Source of the DNA: Candidatus Doudnabacteria bacterium CG10_big_fil_rev_8_21_14_0_10_41_10
GTDB taxonomy: Bacteria > Patescibacteriota > Doudnabacteria > UBA920 > 2-01-FULL-50-11
Length of the DNA stretch: 39,524 nt
Direction: 5' to 3'
NCBI GenBank assembly: GCA_002773695.1
Contig: PFAJ01000015.1
Location: 1 to 39,524 of the forward strand
The translations under genes were made by a program, and so were the position numbers. Positions 18,973 through 28,054 of the stretch are shown here, one piece after another (within the stretch, counting starts at the first letter, position 1; every line of letters begins with the position of its first letter). The notes below the pieces were generated by a model, which saw only the letters and a list, made by a program, of their open reading frames with translations, was not told the origin of the DNA and made no database searches.

Positions 18973-19278
18973 TTGAAAGGTTATGAAATCAAGATGCCCT
19001 GTCGCGTCATACTCGCTTCATCCAGAGTTTATATCGGCGAAACTATCAGGGTGGGTAGCAGAAAAATTATTTTTGGGATTTCGGAAGTATGCGATCTTTT
19101 CATGCCGGGATCAAAAATAACCGTTGAAATGCTTTGGCCGATTTAATTCGACGGAGTTACTCGCATGAAACTCAAAATAGACGGTAAAATCGCTGAAGCC
19201 AATGGGAGGTGGATAACCATCACATTCAATTCGTATCAGTATGAGTTTCGGACGATGGGGTCGAAGACTTCAATTTAG
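18973..19278 (+). pseudogene. PilZ-like beta-barrel gene with an internal TAA (absent from the ORF track)
   Basis: GGAGG at 18961, TTG start; MKGYEIKMPCRV..GSKITVEMLWPI*FDGVTRMKLKIDGKI..YQYEFRTMG; stop at 19144-19146; terminator at about 19280-19320. Confidence 0.65.
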
Positions 19279-19435
19279 TCGCGGTGGCGCGGTTCTATCG
19301 CGCTCCTGCGCTTTTTTTTTATCAAAAAATAAACGGCCCACCTGAGCCGTTCGCGACGCGACGAGTCGTAAAGTCGCTATCTATTTTTAATCTCTAACGG
19401 CGTAAACTTGAGCCGTTAACAAAACCGGATTTTTT

Positions 19436-19849
19436 TTATATCATTTCCTCAGTATTTTTTTCAGATCGGAAAAACTTACCAATTTCCTCCGCCAGGTCTT
19501 CCGTGGTTAAAAAAGCTTTCAAAAAGTAAGATTGGATTTTTAGTGCATTTGCCATATCCTTGTTTTGTTTATCCCAAAGGTTGGTCAAAATAATAACCGG
19601 CACATCGGCAATTTGCTTGTCTTCATTTTCACGGACCAGTTTAAGCATTTCAAAACCGTTCATTTCCGGCATAAGCAAATCTAGCACGACCAAGTCGGGT
19701 TTTTCTCCCAAACATTTTTCGAGGCCGACTTTACCGTTGACCGCGTCAATTACGTCATAGCCTTTAGATTTAAGCTTTTTGACGATGATTGACCTCATCA
19801 TTCCATCATCCTCGACCACCAGAACCTTTTTATTATTTTGATTTTCCAT
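19436..19849 (-). CDS. Single-domain response regulator
   Basis: VVEDD, LDLLMPEMNG, ILTN, conserved Lys. Confidence 0.95.
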   Translation of the reverse strand: MENQNNKKVLVVEDDGMMRSIIVKKLKSKGYDVIDAVNGKVGLEKCLGEKPDLVVLDLLMPEMNGFEMLKLVRENEDKQIADVPVIILTNLWDKQNKDMANALKIQSYFLKAFLTTEDLAEEIGKFFRSEKNTEEMI

Positions 19850-19917
19850 GGTAGAATATAGTGTTTATATTGTATCACAGATTGATTTATATCAAAAATA
19901 ACGATATATTTATTTAA
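19850..19917. promoter_or_regulatory. Divergent, probably leaderless promoters
   Basis: + strand TTGATT (19882)-17 nt-TATATT (19905-19910), 7 nt before ATG 19918; - strand TATATT 5 nt before ATG 19849; no SD on either side. Confidence 0.55.
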
Positions 19918-20961
19918 ATGCATAAAATTAATCGAATGGTTTTTAAAGAGTATGATAAACATCGATCGGTCTTTTATTTTGATCGACCTTCTTTGAATTT
20001 AAAAGTTTTTATCGCGATCCACCGAAACAAAACCATTTTTCCTTCTTTTGGGGCTACAAGAATGATGATGTATGCCAATGAGGATGAGGCGCTCAATGAT
20101 GCTTTGCGGCTGTCACGGTTGATGTCTTACAAATCTGCTTTGGCGGGGTTGAATTATGGCGGGGCAAAAGGAGTGATTTTGTTCGACGGCAATCATCCTG
20201 ACAAATCAGAAGTTTTAAAAATATATTCCGATATGGTCAACGAACTGAAAGGAAAATTTATCACCGGGGCAGATGTCGGTCTTAGCCAGGAAGACGTTCA
20301 ACTAATGACTAGAAATAGTCCATATTTTGTTGGGACAAAAAATAAACCCGAAAAATGCACCGCATTGGGGATTGTTAAGGGCATTGAAGTTTGCTTAAAA
20401 CAGGTTTTTGGTAAAGGATTTATTTCTGACCATACTTTTGCAATTCAAGGGTTAGGCAAGGTAGGTTTGGATTTGTTAGGTTTGATTTATAATCAAGCTG
20501 GTAAAATTTATGTTTCGGATATATCATCAGAAAAAATTGAAGTTGCAAAAAATTTGTATCCGAACATTGTTCCGGTCCCCGTAGAAGATATTTTTAAGTT
20601 GGAGATAGATGTTTTTTGTCCGTGTGCGCTAGCACATGCGATTAGTCCAAAAATGATAGCCGAATTGAAATGCAAGATAGTCGCCGGTGGTGCTAACAAT
20701 CAGTTGTTTAATCAAGAGGTTGGAGATGCATTATTCAGTAAGGGTATTTTGTATGCCCCAGACTATGTGATAAACAGTGGCGGTTTGATCAGCGTTGCTG
20801 ATGAGTATGAAAATCGTTTTAAGAATGAAAATCATATTGAAAAAAAATTGGAACATATTAAATCGGTTCTGGAAACAATTTTTGAACAAAGCCAAACCCA
20901 AAACCTGGCGACTAACCGGGTGGCGGATCGGTTAGCTGAGGATATTTTTAATAATCACTAA
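19918..20961 (+). CDS. Leu/Phe/Val-type amino acid dehydrogenase
   Basis: GATRM, LSRLMSYKSALAGL.YGGAKGVI, TGADVG, IQGLGKVG, PCA, GGANNQL, APDYVINSGG. Confidence 0.92.
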   Translation: MHKINRMVFKEYDKHRSVFYFDRPSLNLKVFIAIHRNKTIFPSFGATRMMMYANEDEALNDALRLSRLMSYKSALAGLNYGGAKGVILFDGNHPDKSEVLKIYSDMVNELKGKFITGADVGLSQEDVQLMTRNSPYFVGTKNKPEKCTALGIVKGIEVCLKQVFGKGFISDHTFAIQGLGKVGLDLLGLIYNQAGKIYVSDISSEKIEVAKNLYPNIVPVPVEDIFKLEIDVFCPCALAHAISPKMIAELKCKIVAGGANNQLFNQEVGDALFSKGILYAPDYVINSGGLISVADEYENRFKNENHIEKKLEHIKSVLETIFEQSQTQNLATNRVADRLAEDIFNNH

Positions 20962-22485
20962 ATGTTGTCGGAAACTTTTCCAAAAGATTTGCAAAATCCG
21001 GTAAATTTGATTGCTCAATTACAAAAACAACCTGAAAAATACTGGCAGGAACGTGGTTTTCTAATGGCAAAGGATTTATTTTGGCAAAAAACTCAACGTG
21101 TCCCCGCTTATAAAAAGTTTTTAGCCGGTCGCAATATTAATCTAAAATTACCTGATACGGTTAGTGATTTTGATAAAATTCCCCCGGTAGATAAAGATAA
21201 TTATTTAAGAAAATATAAAAGAAGTGATTTGTGCTGGGACGGTAATTTTTCAAACCAACATTGGGTGATTTCCACTACCTCTGGTTCTACCGGTAAACCT
21301 TATTATTTTCCCAGACAGGATTTTCAAGACCAACAGTACGCGGTCACTGCAGAACTATATCTTCGGACAAATTTTGAGATCCATAAAAAAAGCACTTTAT
21401 ATATAGTGGCGTTTCCGATGGGGGCTTGGATTGGCGGGCTATTTACTTATCAGGCATTAAAAAATCTTTCCAAAAGAGGCGATTACAGGCTAAGCATTAT
21501 CACTCCCGGTATTAGTACCGCGGACGTTTTAAATGCTTTGCAAAATTTAGGCAAAGATTTTGACCAGGTTATCATCGGCAGTTACGCTCCGTTTTTAAAA
21601 GATATTCTAGACGAAGGGGATCGATTGGGACTGGATTGGAAACAGTATAATTTGGGTTTTGTATTTTCCGCTGAAGGATTTAGTGAGGACTTTCGTGACT
21701 ATGTGGCAAAAAAGACCGGAATTGATAATATTTTTAAAAAAACTCTGAATCATTACGGAACGGTGGATATGGGGACAATGTCTTACGAAACTCCGCTCGC
21801 AATACTTGTTCGAAGGCTTGCTTTAAAAAACCAGAATATTTTTCGCAGGCTTTTCCCCAAAGCCTCAAAATTACCAACTTTAACCCAATATATTCCAGAG
21901 CAGTTTTATTTTGAAGAAGTCGAGGGAAGACTCCTCTGCTCATCGTTTAGCGGTTTACCTTTGGTACGTTATGATTTGAAAGATTCCGGCGGGGTTATTG
22001 GCCTGGAAGAAGTAAAAGAAATTTTTTTGAAAGAAGGGATAGATCTTTCAAATGAAGTTAAGCTCGCTGGAATCTCCGACACTATATGGAACATACCTTT
22101 TGTTTATGTTTACGAACGGACCGATTTTTCAGTTAGTTTTTTTGCTTTCCAAGTCTACCCGGAAACCATCCGAAAAGCGCTTATGGAGGATAAAGCAAGA
22201 GAGTACACTACAGGGAAGTTTACGATGCTGGTTCGGGAAAATGAACAAATGGATCAAGTTTTACAGATAAATATTGAACTTAAAAAAGGGTTTTCAGAGT
22301 CAAACGAAACGGTAAAAGCGTTAACCGAAGAAATTACAAATATATTAACAGCCGAAAATTCTGAATACCGAAAAACGAAAGAAATGTATCCGGAAAAAAC
22401 CGTTCCCGAGATCATATTGTGGCCTTATGAACATGAAAATTTTTTTAAGAGAGGAGTGAAACAAAAATGGATAAAAAACCGATAA
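20962..22485 (+). CDS. Phenylacetate-CoA-ligase-like (PaaK-type ANL) adenylating enzyme
   Basis: TTSGSTGKP loop, SAEG, HYGTVDMG, PLVRYDLKD. Confidence 0.88.
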   Translation: MLSETFPKDLQNPVNLIAQLQKQPEKYWQERGFLMAKDLFWQKTQRVPAYKKFLAGRNINLKLPDTVSDFDKIPPVDKDNYLRKYKRSDLCWDGNFSNQHWVISTTSGSTGKPYYFPRQDFQDQQYAVTAELYLRTNFEIHKKSTLYIVAFPMGAWIGGLFTYQALKNLSKRGDYRLSIITPGISTADVLNALQNLGKDFDQVIIGSYAPFLKDILDEGDRLGLDWKQYNLGFVFSAEGFSEDFRDYVAKKTGIDNIFKKTLNHYGTVDMGTMSYETPLAILVRRLALKNQNIFRRLFPKASKLPTLTQYIPEQFYFEEVEGRLLCSSFSGLPLVRYDLKDSGGVIGLEEVKEIFLKEGIDLSNEVKLAGISDTIWNIPFVYVYERTDFSVSFFAFQVYPETIRKALMEDKAREYTTGKFTMLVRENEQMDQVLQINIELKKGFSESNETVKALTEEITNILTAENSEYRKTKEMYPEKTVPEIILWPYEHENFFKRGVKQKWIKNR

Positions 22486-24683
22486 TTTATGATCCAAAAA
22501 CGGAAACGCTGGAATCATTTAAACAATCGCGCCACATTTCAGAGATTGTTGACCAGTATCGAGAAATGGTTTACGAGCTTTATTCGGTACGGTTTCCAGA
22601 ATCCCGGCTAGATCCTGAAATAAAAACCAAGCAACAACAATTTTACAGCGAGCATTTAGAAAATGCTTTATCTGAATTGGCAGGGGTATGGTTTTATTTT
22701 CCTTGGAATCAAAAATTGGTTCATTATTTAAAAGAGGATTTACATCAAGAGCTGCGAACCGCAAGAAATAAAAATATTGTCACTAAAGCCGAGCAGGAAA
22801 AACTGTACGATTCAACAATTGGGATAGCCGGATTGAGCGTTGGGAGTCACGCGGCGTTAACTTTGGCTTTGTCGGGGATTGGAAAAAGAATGAAACTGGC
22901 TGATCCTGACAATATTTCCGGTTCGAATCTAAATCGAGTACGCAAAGGATTTGGGACAGTCGGTAAAAACAAAGCTTTGCTCACGGCACAGGATATATAC
23001 GAAATCAATCCTTATATGGAAATTGAGATTTTTGAGGAAGGAGTTAATATTGAAAATATCAACAGATTTTTTAATGATCCAACAAAGTTGGATTTATTGG
23101 TTGAGGAGGTTGATGATTTGAGATTGAAGATTTTGTTGAGAGAACAGGCAAAAAAGGAAAACGCTCCGGTAGTTATGGCGACCGATAACGGCGACAATGT
23201 TATTGTTGACATAGAGCGATATGATTTGAACAGCGGTACAAAACTGTTTAATGGTTTGGCTGGTGATATAAATTATCATGATTTTAAAAATTTATCACAA
23301 CGAGAGTTGCCAAAATTATCCACTTTGATTGCTGGAAAAGATTTGGTAGTTCCTAAAATGCAGGACTCTTTGTTAGAAGTTGGCAAGACTCTCTATTCAT
23401 GGCCTCAGCTTGGACTGGCCGCAACTTTATCCGGAGTTGCGGTTGCTTATGTCGCAAAAAAGATATTGCTAAATGAACGAATTCGGGATGGAAAATTGGA
23501 GATTAATTTGGATTCGATTTTTGATCCAGAATACAATTTTCCTGATAAAATAAAATACCGACAACAAAAAATACAAAATTTTCATAAACAAATAGGTATG
23601 GTTGATGATTTATTTGGGTTGTTGCAGGAAATTATTCACAATTCAGTAAATGCCCCGTCAGGTGACAATACCCAGCCGTGGCGTTTTGAATTGGGTAAAA
23701 ATTTCATAAATTTATATAATTTTCCAGATCGTGATAATCCAGTGTTAAACTATGAACAAAGCGGCTCGTATATTGCCCACGGTTGCTTACTTGAGAATTT
23801 ACGATTAAACTGTTTATATGGTGGTTATGAGCCTGAGATCAAACTTTTTCCGGACATCAAACAGCCAAATTTGGTAGCAACGGTAAGTCTGAAAGAAAAA
23901 ACCGAAACTCGAGATGAATTACAAAGTTATATAAAAGATCGTCATACTAATCGGCGGCCATACAATAATCAACCTCTTACCGAGAAACAAAAAACCGAAA
24001 TTAAAAATTGTGTTTTGGAACTGGGATTGGAAGATGGTTATCAGGTTAAGATTGTGGCAGATGAAAAAGAAGTTTATCAACTAGCAAAGACCGCAGCGTC
24101 GGTTGAAGAAGTTATTTTAGAGAATAAAACTACCCACCGATTATTTTTTGATGATATTGTTTGGACCAAAAGAAAAGAGAGCAAGGTGAAATCTGGTTTA
24201 TATCTAGCCACCATGGAATTCGCAGTCCCGCAAAAAGTATTTTTTTGGCTAGCAAGCCACTGGCCGATTATGAAATTGATGAATAGGTTTGGACTATCAC
24301 GATTTATAGCCCGGGAAGACACAAAACTTTACGCAAAAAGTTCAGCGATTTGCGGTGTAGTAATCCCTAGAACCACTCCTGAATCTTATATAAACGCCGG
24401 AAGGATTTTACAAAGAGTTTGGTTAAAGACGGTGAAATTGGGGTTAGCCCTTCATCCTGTGAGCGCTTTGCCATTTGCCGCTAGAAGAGCGCAAGGTTCC
24501 GGTTCAGAAGTTTTTAACAGTTTACATAGAGAGAAAATAACAAAAAATTACGGAGAGCAACTTTCTTTATTTAAAATAACCACAGAATTTGTTGGAATGG
24601 TTTTTCGAGTAGGTTTTGCACAACCTCCTAGCGCAGTTTGCTCAAAAAAAGAAGCACAAATAAAAATAATCTCTGAAAAATAA
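22467..24683 (+). CDS. ThiF/E1-like adenylase fused to a nitroreductase-like domain
   Basis: LRTARN, IAGLSVG, ADPDNISGSNLNR, MATDNGD, SWPQL; then APSGDNTQPWRF, RHTNRRPY, GRILQRVWL..GLALHP. Confidence 0.9.
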   Translation: MDKKPIIYDPKTETLESFKQSRHISEIVDQYREMVYELYSVRFPESRLDPEIKTKQQQFYSEHLENALSELAGVWFYFPWNQKLVHYLKEDLHQELRTARNKNIVTKAEQEKLYDSTIGIAGLSVGSHAALTLALSGIGKRMKLADPDNISGSNLNRVRKGFGTVGKNKALLTAQDIYEINPYMEIEIFEEGVNIENINRFFNDPTKLDLLVEEVDDLRLKILLREQAKKENAPVVMATDNGDNVIVDIERYDLNSGTKLFNGLAGDINYHDFKNLSQRELPKLSTLIAGKDLVVPKMQDSLLEVGKTLYSWPQLGLAATLSGVAVAYVAKKILLNERIRDGKLEINLDSIFDPEYNFPDKIKYRQQKIQNFHKQIGMVDDLFGLLQEIIHNSVNAPSGDNTQPWRFELGKNFINLYNFPDRDNPVLNYEQSGSYIAHGCLLENLRLNCLYGGYEPEIKLFPDIKQPNLVATVSLKEKTETRDELQSYIKDRHTNRRPYNNQPLTEKQKTEIKNCVLELGLEDGYQVKIVADEKEVYQLAKTAASVEEVILENKTTHRLFFDDIVWTKRKESKVKSGLYLATMEFAVPQKVFFWLASHWPIMKLMNRFGLSRFIAREDTKLYAKSSAICGVVIPRTTPESYINAGRILQRVWLKTVKLGLALHPVSALPFAARRAQGSGSEVFNSLHREKITKNYGEQLSLFKITTEFVGMVFRVGFAQPPSAVCSKKEAQIKIISEK

Positions 24684-26375
24684 ATGGAAATTTTTGCGAA
24701 TTTAGATCTGTTTACAGTAGGTTTAACCGTAACCGGGATTGGGGTTTTGGGTTTTTTGGTTTGGTTAACTAACCGTCGGAGTATTACGAATCGGACTTTT
24801 TTTGCTTTTTCTGTGATTACAGTTAGTTGGGGGATTATAAATTATTTAAATTATCAAACCGCCTCCCCGATGGACACTTTATGGCTTTTGAGGATTGTAT
24901 TATTTTTTGCTGTGTTACAAGCCTTTACTCTGTTTCAGTTTATTTATGTTTTTCCTTTGGAACAAGGAAATTTTTCTAAGGCCTATAAATATGGGCTTGT
25001 CCCATTGGTAATTTTTACAGCAATACTGACCCTCACACCAGCGGTGCTTAAAGAAGTCTTGGAAATTTCTTCCACCGGTGGAGCGACCAGAGTACGCAAT
25101 GGAGTTGGTATCGGTTTGTTTGGGTTGGTTAGTGTTGGGTTAGTTTTAGACGGACTTTTAACTTTATACAAGAAAATCCGCATTGCTGTCGGCGTGCAAA
25201 AATCCCAGCTAAAAACTATTGCTTATGGTGTTTCTATTACTTTCGCTTTGATTATCTTTTTTAACTTTTTTCTGCCGGCATTTTTGGACAACGCTCTTTT
25301 TATCCCTTTCGGCGCGGTTTTTATTTTACCTCTAATTCTTTTTACTTATCATGCAATCATTCAACATCATTTTTTGAACGTGAAGGTAATAACTGTAGAA
25401 GTGTTAATAATGGTTTTAGCGGTAACATCTTTCCTTGATGTTTTAATTTCTGAAAGCTTAATCGAGGTTTTGATAAGGGTGGTGACATTTATTTTAGTTT
25501 TAGTTATTGGAGTTTTGTTGATTAAAGGGGTTTTAAAAGAAATTAAACAAAAAAATGAATTGCAAGTTCTTAGCATAAAACTTAAAAGTGCCAACGAGAA
25601 ACTAAAAGAATTGGACCAAGCGCGGGCGGAGTTTATTTCTGTTGTCTCACACCAACTTCGTACGCCGCCCGCCACCCTCAAATGGTATTTAGCCGCTTTG
25701 TTAAGTGGAGATTTCGGGAAAGTCACAGCCGAGCAACTCGATGCCTTGCAAAAAGCCAACATCACCAACAACAATCTTATCTCATTAATAGAGGATATGT
25801 TGAATGTCTCTCGTATCGAGCGTGGTCGGATGGAGTTTGATTTTGTAAAAGGTGATTTAAACAAGCTAATCGAAAGTGTGATTGTTCAGCTAAAACCGCC
25901 GGCAGACGATAAAAAAATAGGTTTGGTTTATAAAAAACCGAAAAAATCTTTACCGGAAGTAGTGATGGACGGTGAAAAGGTAAAGCAGGTAGTAAACAAT
26001 TTGATTGATAATGCTATTAAATATTCGAAATCGGGCAGCATTACAATCGAACTTTCACAAACTAACGAACAAGCGAAGGTTCGAGTTACGGACACCGGTA
26101 AAGGAATTGACCAAAAAGAATTAGAAAATATTTTTTCTAAATATGGCCGGGGAAAAGATTCTAAAAAATACGCTACTGGTTTGGGTTTGGGTTTGTATGT
26201 TGCCAAAATAGTAATAGAACAGCACGAAGGAAAAATTTGGGTGGAAAGTCCGGGACGGGGGAAAGGTTCAACGTTCGCTTTCACCTTACCGATGAAAGTC
26301 GGGGCAAGAGCGGAGAAAAAAGTTTTTAACATGGCTCAAAAAAGCAATTTAACAAAAAAACAACCTTCTGGTTGA
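24684..26375 (+). CDS. Multi-TM (7TM-like) sensor histidine kinase
   Basis: About 280-aa hydrophobic N-terminus; SHQLRTP, NLIDNAIKYS, DTGKGI, GLGLGL, GKGSTF. Confidence 0.95.
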   Translation: MEIFANLDLFTVGLTVTGIGVLGFLVWLTNRRSITNRTFFAFSVITVSWGIINYLNYQTASPMDTLWLLRIVLFFAVLQAFTLFQFIYVFPLEQGNFSKAYKYGLVPLVIFTAILTLTPAVLKEVLEISSTGGATRVRNGVGIGLFGLVSVGLVLDGLLTLYKKIRIAVGVQKSQLKTIAYGVSITFALIIFFNFFLPAFLDNALFIPFGAVFILPLILFTYHAIIQHHFLNVKVITVEVLIMVLAVTSFLDVLISESLIEVLIRVVTFILVLVIGVLLIKGVLKEIKQKNELQVLSIKLKSANEKLKELDQARAEFISVVSHQLRTPPATLKWYLAALLSGDFGKVTAEQLDALQKANITNNNLISLIEDMLNVSRIERGRMEFDFVKGDLNKLIESVIVQLKPPADDKKIGLVYKKPKKSLPEVVMDGEKVKQVVNNLIDNAIKYSKSGSITIELSQTNEQAKVRVTDTGKGIDQKELENIFSKYGRGKDSKKYATGLGLGLYVAKIVIEQHEGKIWVESPGRGKGSTFAFTLPMKVGARAEKKVFNMAQKSNLTKKQPSG

Positions 26376-26393
26376 TAGGCTGTTTTCTTGTTG

Positions 26394-26813
26394 TTATTTA
26401 GGATTTATTAACTTGCCTTCTTTTACCCCCGCTCGTTTTGGCTGTACAATCTTTTGGATTCTTTCAATAAATTCGTCCGGGTCGATACTTTTGTGAAAAT
26501 AATCTACTACCCATTTTTCTTTCGCCCATTGTTCGCCTTCACGAGAAAGATCTTCGTTGGTTAGAAATATGATAGGGATATCTTTCGTCGGCTCTTCTTC
26601 GTGGAGACGCCTGGCGACCGCAAATCCATCTTCGTTGGGCATGCGAATATCAAGCAGTATTAAAGCCGGCTGTAACCGTCTGGCGATTTCTCTTCCGGTG
26701 GGGGAATCGTTAGCATACAATACTTCGTATCCCGCCTTGGAAAGTTTTGCTCCCATAAGCCGTTGAATTACCGGATCGTCGTCGATTAGTAGAATGTGAT
26801 GTTTTGACTCCAT
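26394..26813 (-). CDS. Single-domain response regulator
   Basis: LIDDD, LDIRMPNEDG, FLTN, conserved Lys. Confidence 0.95.
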   Translation of the reverse strand: MESKHHILLIDDDPVIQRLMGAKLSKAGYEVLYANDSPTGREIARRLQPALILLDIRMPNEDGFAVARRLHEEEPTKDIPIIFLTNEDLSREGEQWAKEKWVVDYFHKSIDPDEFIERIQKIVQPKRAGVKEGKLINPK

Positions 26814-27055
26814 ATAATTTATTATTTCTGACAGAATTCCCCCGCGGTTTATTTTGGGTATCGGTATTTAATAATAGTATATATCGAAAATTAATCGTTT
26901 TCAATAGCTTTTAGTGTAAAAATATGCAAATAATTTTTATCGAGATGGGCATTATTTTTTTGGCGATTTCTTAGTGTTATTTAACAATCTGATACCGCCC
27001 TATTAATTTTTCAGATGATTTGATATAATTCATTATATTAGTAATAAGTAATTTT

Positions 27056-27712
27056 ATGAACAAAATTGCTGGGATAGTTATCGCAATCATTATAGTGATT
27101 GCGGGTGGTTTATTGATTTTAAACTTTAATAGTTCGACAGTAGATGATAATTCAATGATGGGAGGAGAGAGTGATCCGACTGAAAAATTACCAACCGATG
27201 CGCAGTTTACGCTCGACGCAGAAAGCTCAACTCTCACTTGGTCAGCATCAAGAATTGTAGGGGAGTCTCACACAGGGACAGTCGATATTGCTCGTGGAAG
27301 AGTCGTGCGTCAAGATGGAGAATTTATTGGTGGCGAATTTGTGTTTGATATGAATACAATTTCGGAGAGTAAAGATAACCAGATTTTTCTGAAAGACGTA
27401 AAGTCAGATGATTTTTTTGGAGTTGAACAATTTCCAACCGCCGATCTGGTAATCACCAGTATCGTGCCCGCAAGCGATTCAAGTTTTGCGGTAACTGGCG
27501 AATTGACCATTCGTGGCATCACCAACGAGATTTCGTTTACGGCCGACACTTCATTTTCCAAAGGGATACTTTTAGCTGAGGCCAATTTCGAAATCAACCG
27601 GACACGTTGGGGAATTGTGTTTGATTCGGGAACGTTTTTTGCGAATCTTGGAGATGAAGCGATTAAAGACGAAATACAGTACGAGTTGGATTTGGTGTTT
27701 ACTCAAAATTAG
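27056..27712 (+). CDS. YceI-family lipid/polyisoprenoid-binding protein
   Basis: SSTLTW, HTG, SDDFFGVEQFPTA, GELTIRGITNEI, INRTRWGI. Confidence 0.9.
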   Translation: MNKIAGIVIAIIIVIAGGLLILNFNSSTVDDNSMMGGESDPTEKLPTDAQFTLDAESSTLTWSASRIVGESHTGTVDIARGRVVRQDGEFIGGEFVFDMNTISESKDNQIFLKDVKSDDFFGVEQFPTADLVITSIVPASDSSFAVTGELTIRGITNEISFTADTSFSKGILLAEANFEINRTRWGIVFDSGTFFANLGDEAIKDEIQYELDLVFTQN

Positions 27713-27926
27713 TCGAACGGGACAAGGCGCTTTCTATATAGCAGACGTTTTTAATATTTTCTTACAATAAACCTCGCGTGAATTGCATGTGGTAGTAATT
27801 AAGATGTTTGTTTTTCCTCCCGGCAATGAGTTTATTCGCAAGCACGGGTTTCAGTTTTGTGGAGAAAGATACAGAAGACCCGAAGATTCTGGGACGCGCG
27901 AAGCGCGACCTTATGTCTCTAAAATA

Positions 27927-27976
27927 CGCTCGGGCGAGGCGGCAAAAAAAATAGGTTTGAGGAAATGAATTCCCGC
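27927..27976 (-). repeat. Left copy of an imperfect ~48-bp inverted repeat
   Basis: Reverse complement GCGGGAATTCATTTCC..CCGCC..CCCGAGCG matches 29816-29861. Confidence 0.85.
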
Positions 27977-28054
27977 TCCACACTTGCTTTTGGTTGCCAG
28001 CGGACAAAAATAATAGAAACTTCTTACACATTGTAAAAATGTTATCTTGTTTAC

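Noticed and set aside
19918-26375. RiPP, molybdopterin/thiamine or phenylacetate-catabolism reading of the ThiF/PaaK genes
   Set aside because: No precursor peptide, sulfur carrier, YcaO or paa oxygenase genes are visible nearby.
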